Shown: one piece after another, positions 41,889 to 56,080 of the stretch
Position numbering within the stretch: position 1 is the stretch's first letter
Layout of the letters: each line of letters begins with the position of its first letter
Source of the DNA: Octopus vulgaris
Lineage: Eukaryota
NCBI GenBank assembly: GCA_951406725.2
Contig: OX597825.1
Coordinates: 72,354,001 to 72,418,000 of the forward strand
DNA: 64,000 nt
Reading direction: 5' to 3'
Program-made: the position numbers and the translations under genes
Notes under the pieces: generated by a model
What the model was told of the DNA's origin: nothing
Seen by the model: the letters and a program-made list of their open reading frames with translations, nothing else
Databases searched by the model: none

Positions 41889-42304
41889 TATTTCTTTACC
41901 ACCCACAAGGGGCTAAACACAGAGGGGACAATCCAGAACAGACAAACGGATTAAGTCGATTACATCGACCCCAGTGCGTAACTGGTACTTAATTTATCGA
42001 CCCCGAAAGGATGAAAGGCAAAGTCGAACTCGGCAGAATTTGAAATTAGAACGTAGCGACGGGCGAAATACCTATTTCTTTACTACCTACAAGGAGCTAC
42101 ACACAGAGGACAAACAAAGACAGACATAGGTATTAAGTCGATTATATCGACCCCAGTGCGTAACTGGTACTTAATTTATCGACCCCGAAAGGATGAAAGG
42201 CAAAGTCGTCCTCGGCGGAATTTGAACTCAGAACGTAACGGCAGACGAAATACGGCAACGCATTTCGCCCGGCGTGCTAACGCTTCTGCCAGCTCGCCGT
42301 CTTT
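41889..42304 (-). mobile_element. Group A SINE dimer with 16-bp TSD
   Basis: Head plus two tail-A units. TSD attttcctcaaatatt (41873-41888) / attttcctctaatatt (42305-42320). Confidence 0.82.
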
Positions 42305-43019
42305 ATTTTCCTCTAATATTATCCGTATTGTTGTTATTATTGTTGTTGCAACTATTGATTGTGTTGTTCTTAATATAACTGCTCTGCATATGAACACATT
42401 GTGATATGTAAAATAGCTGGATTGTTTTTGACAACGAGTGAAACTTCAGCATTTTAGAGGAAGTCATATATGGTTTGCTGCGTCATGCATGCTTTTTATC
42501 ATGAATATTAACAATGTAATTTGAAATGATTTCATTTGCATCGCTAATGCGCTGGCTGGGATATGCTTTACTGAAATGGCTTCAACCTGAGATTAAATCT
42601 TCTTAGCTATCTCAGTTTACTTGATGTTTGCCACTCGCTCTTCACAACGTTCTTCAAAACTAGTTGACAATGGATGTTTGTTATTTAGACACAAAGGAAC
42701 TTGTAGAAGAAAAAGGACTGTAAATTCAATCGTTACGTCCTGTGCCACAGTGCACCGAATTGTATTTACCAGTAATTATCAAATAAAAGGAATTTCATTA
42801 ATAAAATCATCCCCTTCACACTGATGTGATTTGATGTCACAACGAAGAAAGTCAGAGCTCTGACAAGATGTGTACTAGAGTAACTTTCAGTACCTTTCGC
42901 AATGCCATAAACACTGATGTTTCATCGCTTTTTGTTAGTAAACTACATAGTACGACAGCTTTGATATTATGTAAGGCTTTATTCGCTCACATTCATGTAT
43001 AGTATGGTGAAAGTTGTTT

Positions 43020-43311
43020 TGTTTGTTCCTTCTCGAGCCATGCCTGGCTCATAGGGCCCGTTTCCCGGTTTCCTTGGCGTATAGGTTCCCCACCTGGACG
43101 GGACGCCGGTCCGTCGCAGGTGAGCTGCAAGATGCAGGAGGAAAGAGTGAGAGAAAGTTGTGGCGAAAGAGTCAGCAGAAGTTTGCCATTACCTTCTGCC
43201 GGAGCCGCGTGGAGCTTAGGTGCTTCCCTCATAAACACACACATCGCCCGGTCTGAGAATCGAACCCGCGATCCCTCAACCGCTGCATTAACCACTGGGC
43301 CATGTGCCTCC
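43020..43311 (-). mobile_element. SINE group B (B1-type head, tail T2)
   Basis: Reverse complement resembles the 30473 head and the 16281 tail. Confidence 0.78.
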
Positions 43312-43608
43312 GCAAGTCCCCAGTAGCCAATGAAAAAAAAATTAACTTCATAGTAATTTTCAGTGATATAAAAGGATTCTTATCCAGTTAACTAGGTAGG
43401 TGGGTTGGAAGAATAGTCAGAGTGTCGAAGAGAATACATTGCAGTGTTTCTCATGGCTCTTTGAGCTTTGCTTTCAACTCCTACGGAAATTGTCATTGCA
43501 TTTCATCCTTTAAATGGGTCAAATATTCTTGAAATCGTTTCCGACCACGTCCTTCTACGTTCATTCGCTAAGTGCGTTCTCGTAATCTAGCGAGTCGTCA
43601 AAGTGATA

Positions 43609-43996
43609 TCTCTCTATATATAAACGGCAGTTTGTCTGTGCGTGTTTCTGTGTGTCTGTTTTCTCGTACCCTCACCCTGACCACGGCTTTCAACCGATTC
43701 TGATGAAACTTGACACACACATAGCCCAATGTCATAATTCAAAACTAACGCAGCGAAAATTTTGAAAAGTTAACCCCAGTTCTGAAAAAAATCGATAAAT
43801 TCGACATGGGGTCGAGAATAAAAAAAAACAAACCACAGACTGTCTAGGGGACGCAACTCAACCTTTTTTTACTCTCAAAAAAAAATTTACCATAATTTTT
43901 TTTCCATTTTTTTGCTATTTTTTGGCTATAACTCTCTAAAAATGCTTTATAGTTATTTCCCTTACAAACCTGAGCAACGCCGGGCGATACTGCTAG
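43609..43996 (+). mobile_element. Non-autonomous Helitron, 388 bp
   Basis: A|TC 5' end, subterminal hairpin cctgagcaacgccggg, 3' CTAG|T and no TSD. Confidence 0.8.
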
Positions 43997-44109
43997 TTAA
44001 AGAATAAGTAGCAAACTTCAAAATAAACAATAGGGTGGAATTGTTCGTCTAAACCCTTCACAGCGGTGCCACAGCATGGCAGCATTACAATGATTGAAAC
44101 AAAAGCTAA

Positions 44110-44342
44110 AAGGTGGCGAGCTGGCAGAATCGTTGGCACGCCGGACGAAATGCTTAGCGGTATTTCGTCTGCCATTACGTTCTGAGTTCAAACTCCGCCG
44201 AGGTTGACTTTACCTTTCATCCTTTCGGGATCGATAAATTAAGTACCAGTTAAGCACTGGGGTCGATGTAATGGACTTAATCCCTTTGTCTGTCCTTGTT
44301 TGTCCCCTCTATGTTTATCCCCCTTGTGGGTAATAAAGAAAT
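44110..44342 (+). mobile_element. Group A SINE monomer
   Basis: Near-consensus head, body and tail A. Confidence 0.82.
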
Positions 44343-44351
44343 ATTATATAT

Positions 44352-45106
44352 ATATAAACAATTCATAAATGAGGGTAAAGGAAAAAATCTCTAATGTCAA
44401 ATATGCCGAAAAATTGGACATATTGTGATGAAAAAATTATATGGTTAATGGACAATATGTCCAATTTTTCGGCATATTTGACATTAGAGATTTTTTCCTT
44501 TGCCCTCATTTATGAATTGTTTATAGATTTAACCGTTAAAGGTATTTTTTAATATGCTGGCCATTTATAAAATGTTTTTCGAATAAATATTTTTTTCGAA
44601 AAAAAAAATTTTATCCTACATTATATATAAATTTAAGCGTTCACTTCCGGACTATCTCACTCTGTGAGAGCCTCAGTTCAAATCGCACATGTCTCGAATG
44701 GGCTGGAGTATTTCTATTTTGGATGTATTTGGGGTACTTAGTTGTGCTCATGACTTAGTGTTTGCTTCTCCCATGGGTATAAGTAAGTATTTATTTCTTT
44801 TGCCACATGTAGCACTGACGAAGAGAGGGCTCTTAGTAGCTAACTCTGAAATCGGTCCGATATGGTAATAATGGAATTTTTAGAGATTTCTGCCGACCTT
44901 TTTTCGAGTAGCGTGCGTATTGTGAAAAAATTATATGGTTAATGGACAATATGTCCAATTTTTCGGCATATTTGGCATTAGAAATTTTTTCCTTTGTCCT
45001 CATTTATGAATTGTTTATAATTAAAGGTATTTTTTAATATGCTGGCCATTGATAAAATTATTTTCGAATAAATATTTTTTTCGAAAAAAAAAATTTATCC
45101 TACATT

Positions 45107-45107
<1 letters not shown>
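44352..45107. mobile_element. Hammerhead-containing element: short inverted arm plus 1.4 tandem monomers (494-bp unit) in (TA)n
   Basis: 44352-44426 is the reverse complement of 44452-44525. 44430-44622 is repeated at 44924-45107. Motif CTGACGA-agag...ctct-GAAA-tcgg-TC at 44815-44857 with a degenerate stem I. Confidence 0.75.
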
Positions 45108-45151
<44 letters not shown>

Positions 45152-45184
45152 TATATATGCATATACATATAAGTACATATACAG

Positions 45185-46215
<1,031 letters not shown>

Positions 46216-46227
46216 CTCTCTCTCTCC

Positions 46228-46280
<53 letters not shown>

Positions 46281-46281
<1 letters not shown>

Positions 46282-47266
46282 ACAAGAAGGGTAGTAATAT
46301 TGGTTACTACCAGGTGCCCAGCACAAAAGACGAATTAGTCATAAGACAAAATATTATTCATATAGAAAAATATTATTCATGTAGTAATACAATTAAGGGC
46401 TCCTAAATTAGGATGCCGAGTGCTGGGAACACAAAAAGGGGATGAATTTATCGAGAGTGAAAATCAAAAACGTTTACCGATAACTTTACACCTCGGACTG
46501 ATCAGTTTCTGCCTCTTTCTAGCAAAACACAGAATATGTTTACTAAGGCTGGCTTCATCAACGAGTCGCCTAAATTGAATCGAGGTCTGCAGCGATGTGA
46601 GACCATGTGTTGATCTCGACTACTAGCAGATCTTAACTTTTCAAATCTCTGCGCAGACGCAAAACTTACACGGCAGTATAGGGCATGCCGGGAAGAATTT
46701 TACGAATAAATCCATCAAGTAATATGCGAATATAACCAAGAAGGTTTTGATTTTCACTCTCGATAAATTCATCCCCTTTTTGTGTTCCCAGCACTCGGCA
46801 TCCTAATTTAGGAGCCCTTAATTGTATTACTACATGAATAATATTTTTCTATATGACTAATTCGTCTTTTGTGCTGGGCACCTGGTAGTAACCAATATTA
46901 CTACCCTTCTTGTTTATATTCGCATATTACTTGATGGATTTATTCGTAAAATTCTTCCCGGCATGCCCTATACTGCCGTGTAAGTTTTGCGTCTGCGCAG
47001 AGATTTGAAAAGTTAAGATCTGCTAGTAGTCGAGATCAACACATGGTCTCACATCGCTGCAGACCTCGATTCAATTTAGGCGACTCGTTGATGAAGCCAG
47101 CCTTAGCAAACATATTCTGTGTTTTACTAGAAAGAGGCAGAAACTGATCAGTCCGAGGTGTAAAGTTATCGGTAAACGTTTTTGATTTTCACTCTCGATA
47201 AATTCATCCCCTTTTTGTGTTCCCAGCACTCGGCATCCTAATTTAGGAGCCCTTAATTGTATTACT

Positions 47267-47268
<2 letters not shown>
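46281..47268. mobile_element. Hammerhead-containing element: full inverted monomer plus 1.2 tandem monomers (435-bp unit) in (TA)n
   Basis: 46281-46744 is an antisense, circularly permuted copy of the 46745-47180 monomer. 46745-46833 is repeated at 47180-47268. Confidence 0.85.
47084..47157 (+). ncRNA. Type-I hammerhead-like motif; inverted copy at 46492-46565
   Basis: ctcg-TTGATGA-agcc...ggca-GAAA-ctgatcag-TC-cgag, with perfect 10-nt palindromic stem III (actgatcagt) and GUC triplet. Confidence 0.65.
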
Positions 47269-47354
<86 letters not shown>

Positions 47355-47381
47355 AAATATAAATATATATATATATATATA

Positions 47382-47584
47382 GTTAATCCAAACATGAAAA
47401 CACAAAGAGAAAACACAACAACGCGAGGACGTGGAACAAGTTTAGTCTTATTTGACGCTCAGGAAGGAAAGAAAGATGGAGGATTTAACGTTTCGAGCGG
47501 AGCTCTTCGTCAGAAACATAGAAAAAGGAAAGATCCAAGGAAGGGAAGACGGAGGAAAAAATCGCCAACCATACACACGCTGTC
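47382..47584 (-). mobile_element. Short (TA)n-adjacent repeat with minimal hammerhead motif (family F)
   Basis: Minus strand ttt-CTGACGA-a-gagc tcc gctc-GAAA-cg-TT-aaa at 47484-47516. Confidence 0.55.
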
Positions 47585-48549
47585 AACATATTCTGTGTTT
47601 TACTAGACAGAGTAAGAAAAAGATATGTATATATACTCATATGTGTATATGTGATTGTGTCTGTATGTGTATGCCCTAAGTGTGTGTATACAGACAGACA
47701 GAGAAGAAAAAATGGGATTGAAAACCTTGGCAGATATCAAGTAAGCTCTCAGTGTAAAGGATTAAGGTTAAATTTGACATAAGTAGATACCAGTAAATAT
47801 ATGTAGAATACAAAATCCCAGGTAAATCCTTATGTATGTCGTAAATCCAACAATTTGCTCTGCAGAAGATATTCAGAGTATTAACAACATTCAGTAATAT
47901 GTACTAAGAAAATCGTATCTTTATTTAAGTTCACACCTTAAAAATCCAGCAATTCTTTCAGTTGCATGAAAATATATAGGTGTGTTTATATATATGTGTG
48001 TGTGTGTGTGTGTATGGATATATATATATATATATACACAACCAGTCGACATGTTTGATCGCTAAATGCACACGATTTTTTTTTATTCTCTCTCTATTTA
48101 TTTTCTCTTATTCCTTTCTATTGAAGAGCGTAGGCTAGAAACGTAAAGAGATTTTCTCTCTTTCCCGAGCATCAAACTAATACACCTACTTGGTGTTCAT
48201 ACACCTATCTTCGTCTTTTGTTTTTCTCTAATATTCAACAACACACACACACACACACATGCACACACATACACTCATACACATATATATATTTATGTAT
48301 GTATGCATGTATGTATGTGTCAATGCAATTGAAATAATTGTTGCATATTTAAGGTGTCATCTAAAATAAAGATATGATTTTCTTCGTACACAATGACTGT
48401 TAGATATATATACACAGATTACCTTTCCGTTATTAGGATCAGAGAAAAAAAATTCTATCCAGTGAAAGATGAATATCATTTATATAAACACTATTTTAAA
48501 ATGAGCTGCTAATAGTTTCATGCTGTGGAAACACAATAATATAAAATCT

Positions 48550-48608
<59 letters not shown>

Positions 48609-48659
48609 GTGCGTATGTATGTATATTCAGTAAAATTATATCTAATTATAACAGACACC

Positions 48660-48744
<85 letters not shown>

Positions 48745-49162
48745 GTGAAATAGAAAGATGAATAATCTTGTAGTAGATTAATCAAAAGTTTAACCGATAC
48801 CTTGGTAGCAAAAATCTTCGTCTTTTGTTTCTCTAATATTCAACAACACACACACACACACACATGCACACACATACACTCATACACATATATATATTTA
48901 GGTATGTATGCATGTATGTATGTGTCAATGCAATTGAAATAATTGTTGCATATTTAAGGTGTCATCTAAAATAAAGATATGATTTTCTTCGTACACAATG
49001 ACTGTTAGATATATATACACAGATTACCTTTCCGTTATTAGGATCAGAGAAAAAAAATTCTATCCAGTGAAAGATGAATATCATTTATATAAACACTATT
49101 TTAAAATGAGCTGCTAATAGTTTCATGCTGTGGAAACACAATAATACAAAATCTCTCTCTCG

Positions 49163-49213
<51 letters not shown>

Positions 49214-49900
49214 GTACGTATGAATGTATGAATATAAATATATATATATATATGGTGTCTGTCTTCTCCTTGTAAAGATGACATCTACCTGGAGTTGCTC
49301 TTAACGCGTTTTCGTGAGATCTTTTGAGCCCTCAAATGTTTTTGAACAAGTGATCACATATACTGCTGCAATGTTACCTTATTTATAACGAATGTTCAAG
49401 TGCTGTTTTTAGGCCCCCACGGGACTTGCAGGTTTTTGGTCTGATTTTGTATTGAAATCTGTCATCAGGGATGGAATTCAATATTTTATGTACGCCATAC
49501 CAATATGGGAAGGCTGGCGTGATCACATACCAGCGTCAGATATGCATACTTTCGGGCATAAAGAACGTTTAAAGAAGGAATGAGAAACTGTCGCTACTCT
49601 ACAGATATTCATCCCGTTTTTAGAATTTTTTTTTTCATTTCAGCGCGCTTAAATTCTTTAACACGGCACCAAATCGTGACTCTCTACATTTCCCTTTCTA
49701 CCATATGTTATTCAAGACTCTTTTCGACCGTTCTTCATATATATATATGCACGCTTAGAGACACCCCACCACAAACATACTGCTAGAACCATTTCCAGTC
49801 TATTGAGCCTGGTAATATAAAATTGTTTCTTCTTTTTATTTTTTTATACACTCATCTACACATGCACAAGTACATATTTAGATGGATAAAGATAGAGATA

Positions 49901-49952
<52 letters not shown>

Positions 49953-49982
49953 CATACATACATACATACATACATACATACA

Positions 49983-50052
<70 letters not shown>

Positions 50053-50068
50053 CATATATATATATGTA

Positions 50069-50139
<71 letters not shown>

Positions 50140-50380
50140 ATATATAGACATACAATAATTTTCTTTAGGTTCTTCGCAATATTCAGCAAGAACCAGCCAG
50201 CCTAAAGACGCCTTTTTCACCAATATCCTTTTGGTAGAAAACCAGTTATTCTTGTCTGCAGTGCCATTTCATTGCACTGAATAAATAAACATAACTGTAA
50301 ATTAGTCAAAAGAAAATTACTTAGGAACTTACGAAGAAGTCTGCAAACATTTATTGCTCTATGATCCTTACCAAATGTTT

Positions 50381-50433
<53 letters not shown>

Positions 50434-50990
50434 CGTACACACATACAATCGTGCACACGTATACACACGTATATACGTCATACAAAAGCAGTGTAGCGAG
50501 ATTTCTTTGTCAATGAAGGGGAAGTGTTTTGGCATTCGTTTCTTTTATGAAGCATTTCTGATTTCGGTAACTTTCTTGCATGTTATTGAAAAACATAGCG
50601 ACACCAAACAAAGGAGAGTGTTCTGGGCTGGCCTTTTTTCGTTGTTATTGCTAGTGTTGTTGTTGTTGCTACTACTGTTATTATTATTGTTGTTGTTATT
50701 TTTCTTCGTCTTCTTCTTCTTATTATTATTATTATTATTATTATTATTTTTATTTTTTTTTTTTTTTCCTTCTTCGTCTCATCCTTTTGCTTCTTGTTAC
50801 TGTCCGTCAGCTTTACCATGCTGCATGATTTCAGGTTGAAAATCATAATTTGATTCCAGAGAAAAAAAGTACATTTTTAGACATGGAAGTTCTCGCATGC
50901 GTGCGCACACCCATAAACTCGCACACACACATACATTTACATATTTATATACATATATAGAAATGCATCCATATACGTATGTACGATTAA

Positions 50991-51035
<45 letters not shown>

Positions 51036-51087
51036 TGTATGTATACATATGTATATACAAATATGTATCTATCTATCTATCTATCTA

Positions 51088-51142
<55 letters not shown>

Positions 51143-51154
51143 CATTGCAATATA

Positions 51155-51520
51155 CTTTGCTATTGTGCTGTTACGCACTTTTCAAAACTCCGAGGAGGGT
51201 ATTTATATAAAATATCGAACAACAGGGAATGTTTTTTAATCAGACCAGACTGAAATTTAAAACAAAGGTTTTTTACTTCACTCATTAAGGAACTCTTATA
51301 CGCTGACGATTGCGGTGTAGTCAGACACTCTGAAACGGGTTTGAAATCTCTTGCATCTGCATTTGACTCAGTTCGTGATGATTTTGGCTTGACCATCAAC
51401 TTGGAAAAAGAAAAACAGTTACAATGTATGAAACTGCACGTGGTGCTGTTTCCAAACCACCTAAAATTTTTGTTAACGGTAAATTACTTGAATTTGTTGA
51501 TTCTTCCATCGAAATTGGAA
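51155..51520 (+). pseudogene. RTE (BovB-like) reverse transcriptase fragment
   Basis: [15 protein letters not shown] / RLKFKTKVF / IKELLYADDCGVVRHSETGLKSLASAFDSVRDDFGLTINLEK, containing the YADD motif, frameshifted. Confidence 0.8.
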
Positions 51521-52719
51521 GCTGTACCAGTCTAGTGACAGTAAAGAAGATAACGATGCAGCCGTAATAACAACGTAACGATCCAACAGTCTCTTCACTA
51601 ACCAACACACACTATTCCAAACGAACTAATCAACTGACAACTTCCGACTTCAGGGCGAGCTCAACTCGGACTCACACATAAACTTCATTCCGACCGTTAC
51701 TATTTATAATCGCTCGGTCCAGTCTATTTCTCGCAAGGGGGTATCATGACTCTCATCACAACATTTCCCTTTCTGAGATTTCGACTTCCGTAAGAAGTGA
51801 AATGTATTTTATTTTTATTTTCCATCACCTCTCCCTCTCTTTTATTTAAAACAAATTTATGTTTTTCGTTTTGGTATTATTTCTAAGTGTACAGTTTGTT
51901 TCCTTTTTTCTATTACTGCTTCTACGAGGCTCAATCTCTTTCGGTTCTAATACCTCAAACATGTCATAGCAGACTTCCATTAGTATTTCCTTTCGTTCTT
52001 CAGTATGTCATATTTTTAATTGCTTTAGGTGTCTCTTATGTTCCCAACGTTGTCCTTTAATTACATACATCATGCTTCCTAATCTTTTGGTTACAAAGAG
52101 CATCATCACAGCATTCTTGACCGATTTTGTATATTTTAAGATGAATTATATCGCCTACTTTGAAATGTCTTGTTGCCTTTTCTATATTTCCTTTAAATAT
52201 ATTTGTACTTAGCAATAATTTATCGTAGATCGATTTTATTATTTGCGCGAACATTAACTGAACTGGTATTCGGATTGGATTTTACTCTATATATTCTCAA
52301 GAATTTCTTTAGCGCTCCGTCATCTCCTACGTCATTCCTTCCTTTTTTTCAATGCTCGCTTGAATTTATTAGCGAATTTTTCTCCCTGCCCGTTTGAACT
52401 CGTATATATGTTTTTGTGTGTATATATACATACATGTAAATGTCAAACAATGAGAATGAGTGCTCAACACCGTACTGGTGGATAAAATTTGTTTATTTAT
52501 GTACTATTGCTTTCCATGTTAAGGAAAGATCTTAATATGGTAACAATTTTTCAAGCCGTTTTCATAGAGGAATAGTGTTCGTCTCGATTTTGGATGAAAT
52601 CACAAAAATTCTGGTATGTGCAATGTTCGTATTCTTGTGTGCTGAGGGATTTCATCAGGGTGGGGTGGAAAGGAGGAGCATGCATCTTGTCTATGTTCCT
52701 AGGTTTGAGTAAAATAAAA

Positions 52720-52860
52720 TACAGGAGGATCAGTTAATTATGATTTTATTCAATATTTTGCCCTCACAGATTCACACACTTATTGTGGCATTCTAACAGT
52801 TTTTCTAAGCCTTGTACAAGAAGTCAGAAGGTTGGGCTTCAAACCAGAACATTCCCGATA
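52720..52860 (-). pseudogene. Possible mariner transposase C-terminal remnant
   Basis: Minus-strand WFEAQPSDF... followed by degenerate sequence. Short match. Confidence 0.4.
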
Positions 52861-52862
52861 CT

Positions 52863-52922
<60 letters not shown>

Positions 52923-53584
52923 TATACATACATATATATGTAGACAAACTTAGGAAGTGTCGAATGTGTTTGGTACATGCTCTCGACTTGTAACGCCATG
53001 TACTGGCTTGCCAGGAAATTGCTTACCTAAGAGACAATTTTCATATGAAATATATATATACAGACACACAACCTTACACGTATAGAGAGACAGGTTGGTA
53101 GACAGACAGACAAATAGATAGATAGACAGATAAATAGATAGATTCGTAGGTCTGTTTATAGCTGAATATATCTGTATAAACAATAAAAGATCACAGTTGC
53201 TTACTTATACTGATGAAGCATGGCTGTATACTTATAACACGACTTCTGTTATTGTGACCCAATAATGCAATGCTATTAGTAGAGTTTTTAAATGTGTTTA
53301 TAAAGCTATATACAACACCTGAAGTGCCATAGAGTGATATCACACCAGACGGTGCGTAGTTTCAAAGCCAACAGATAAGTTAATAGTGGAAAACGATAGG
53401 AAATAGAAAATACAATCGTTTAAGTGAAACGAAACGAACAATAAATATATAAAGTCAAGTAATAAACTAATGGTTTAAATATAGAAGGAAGGCGTTTTGA
53501 ATAATTTTCTTTTGTTTGTTTTCAATGTCTGAAAAGGCATAACAACAATTCGTAAAGTGAACAAATACCGTTGATATCGCCAAC

Positions 53585-53697
53585 CTCGTCATCGTCGTCT
53601 TCGTTGATGTAATCATCACCATCATCATTTTCTTCACCATCGACACCACCACCACCACCACAACAACAACAACAACAACAATAATAATAATAATGAC

Positions 53698-53780
<83 letters not shown>

Positions 53781-53809
53781 CAACAACAACAACAACAATA
53801 ATAATAATA

Positions 53810-53861
<52 letters not shown>

Positions 53862-53869
53862 TAATAATA

Positions 53870-53912
<43 letters not shown>
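53585..53912. repeat. Compound trinucleotide microsatellite ((ATC)/(ACC)/(AAC)/(AAT)n)
   Basis: Directly visible. Confidence 0.95.
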
Positions 53913-53913
<1 letters not shown>

Positions 53914-53920
53914 TATAGAA

Positions 53921-54272
53921 AGGATTTTCGACATCTTGTGTGTCTTCAACTGGTTCAAAAAATAATTTGTCGATCTACTTCCTTTTGGTTAATATAGGAA
54001 GGATTGAGGTAACTCCTCCTGAAGATATAGAGTTAAAATTAAAAGAAGAGTGCCATTGTTATCTAGTGAACGATATTTCGACATCTTGTGTGTCTTCAAC
54101 TGGTTCAAAAATATAAATTTCTCAATCTACTTCAGGAGGGGTTACCTCAATCTTTTCTATATTAACCAAAATGAAGTAGATTAACAAATTTATTTTGTGA
54201 ACCAGTTGAAGACACACAAGATGTCGAAATATCGTTCACTAGATAACAATGACACTGTTGGTTTAATTTTAA
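53921..54272. mobile_element. Hammerhead-like element: 1.4 antisense tandem monomers (150-bp unit) plus sense arm, in (AAT)n
   Basis: 'tttcgacatcttgtgtgtcttcaactggttcaaaaa' is repeated 150 bp apart. 54130-54272 is the inverted copy. Motif gtgaac-CAGTTGAA-gaca cacaaga tgtc-GAAA-ta-TC-gttcac at 54197-54239. Confidence 0.7.
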
Positions 54273-54303
54273 TGATAATAATAATGATAATAATAATAAT
54301 AAC

Positions 54304-54336
<33 letters not shown>

Positions 54337-54714
54337 TATCATTATTATTACTTATTAATCAACCCTGACAGAATGAAAGGCAAAGTGTACCTCGACGGAA
54401 TTTGAACTCAGAATATAAAGAGCCTGAAGAAATGCCGCTTAAACTTTAACCGGCGCTATAATGACTCTGCTAGCTCGCCGACTTAATGATAATCATAATA
54501 AAACAGAGACGAAGAGAGAAAACAAAAAGAAGAATAAGAAGATACACGATCAGTTCTTGAGAGAGATACTAGAGAATACAGATTGAGATGTAAGATGTTT
54601 TTTGTAGCAAAAAGGTGGCGTGAAACCTGAAACAAAGTCTTTGATAAGAACAGAAAAGGAACAAACATTGGGAACTAACTAGATCAAGCACAAAATTGAC
54701 CAATCAGCAGAATT

Positions 54715-55280
54715 TGAGGAATGCAGAAGGTGTGATGTCACTAGAGAAACAGTGTGGCATGTTTTAAGCAAATACACCAAACTGGCACCGAGAGAATACA
54801 AGACAAATCATATTCATTGGGAACAATGTAACAAGTTTGTATTGGAAAGAGCGAGAAAATGGTGTGAGCACGAACCAAAGAGTGTGGATGAAAATGATAA
54901 AATAAAGGCCTTTTGGGACTTTATGATTGAATGTGATTATAGAATCATTCATCGGAATTTCGATATTGTACGGGTAGAAAGGAAGAAAAGTCGTGCCTGA
55001 TCGTAGATCACCGCTTGCTCTGATGACAGGAGAATCGTCAAAAATAGAGAAAATAACTGAGGGGATATGAGGCTTTGAGGATAGAAATCAATAAACCTAT
55101 GGTCAATGATAAAAGTGTATATTGTTCTGATAACCGTTGGTACCCTATGTACAGTAAGTAAAGCACACAAAAATTATAACAATTGATTGGAAATGATAGG
55201 AATAAAAAGGATAATAGATCATATCCAGAAAACAGTATTAATTAGAAGTGCAATGAGTCTCCGCAAAGTTCCCGAGACTT
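54715..55280 (+). pseudogene. R4/Dong-like (RLE) non-LTR retrotransposon C-terminal fragment
   Basis: ECRRCDVTRETVWHVLS..TKLAPREYK...IHW...KWCEHEPKSVDENDKIKAFWDFMIECDYRIIHRNFDIV: decayed zinc knuckle plus restriction-like endonuclease region. Confidence 0.7.
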
Positions 55281-55364
55281 CAAAAGAAAATATCACCTAG
55301 TTCACAGGAAGTGATCAGCTGGTACGATAATGACACCCCCAGCAAAAAAGATGGGTGTGTTAGG

Positions 55365-56080
55365 TACGGCACAGGGCTAGCAATTTCGTGGGACAGGTCT
55401 TCAGCTGGTACGTATTTTATCGTCCCCGAAAAGATGAAAGGTAAAATCGACCTCGGCAGAGTTTGTATTCAGAACGTAGCGATGGGCGAAATACCGCTAA
55501 ACATTTCCTCTGGCGCGATAACGATTCTGCCAGCTCACCGCCCTAATAATAATACTTTATTATTATTATTACTTCTAATCTAGGCACAAGGCCTTGAAAA
55601 TTTTGGGCGAAGGGGGCTAGCCGATTACATTGGCCCCAGTGCGTAACTGAGACTTATTTTATCGACCCCGAAACGATGAAAGGCAAAGTCAACCTCTGCG
55701 GTATTTGAACTCAGAACGTAGGGACGGGCGAAATACTGCTGGGCATTTTGCCAGCTCGCCACCTTAATAATAATAATAATTTATTATTATTTCAAAGGGC
55801 AACTTTAGGGAGGTGAGGATGAGTCGATTACACCGAGCCCAGTGTTCAACTGGGACGTATTTTATCGACCCCAAAAGGATGAATGACAAAGTCGACCTCG
55901 GCGGAATTTGGACTTAGAACGTAGTGATGGGCGAAATACCTATTTCTTTACTACCCACAAGGGGCTAAACACAGAGAAGATAAACAGGGACAGACAAACG
56001 GATTAAGTCGATTATTTCGACCCCAGTGCGTAACTGGTACTTATTTTATCGACCCCGAAAGGATGAAATGCAAAGTCGAG
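55365..56080 (-). mobile_element. Cluster of group A SINE copies/multimers
   Basis: At least four body units with tails A and B. Confidence 0.75.

Noticed and set aside
51535-51760. Possible solo LTR (gtgac...atcaca ends)
   Set aside because: No second copy, PBS, PPT or clear TSD visible.
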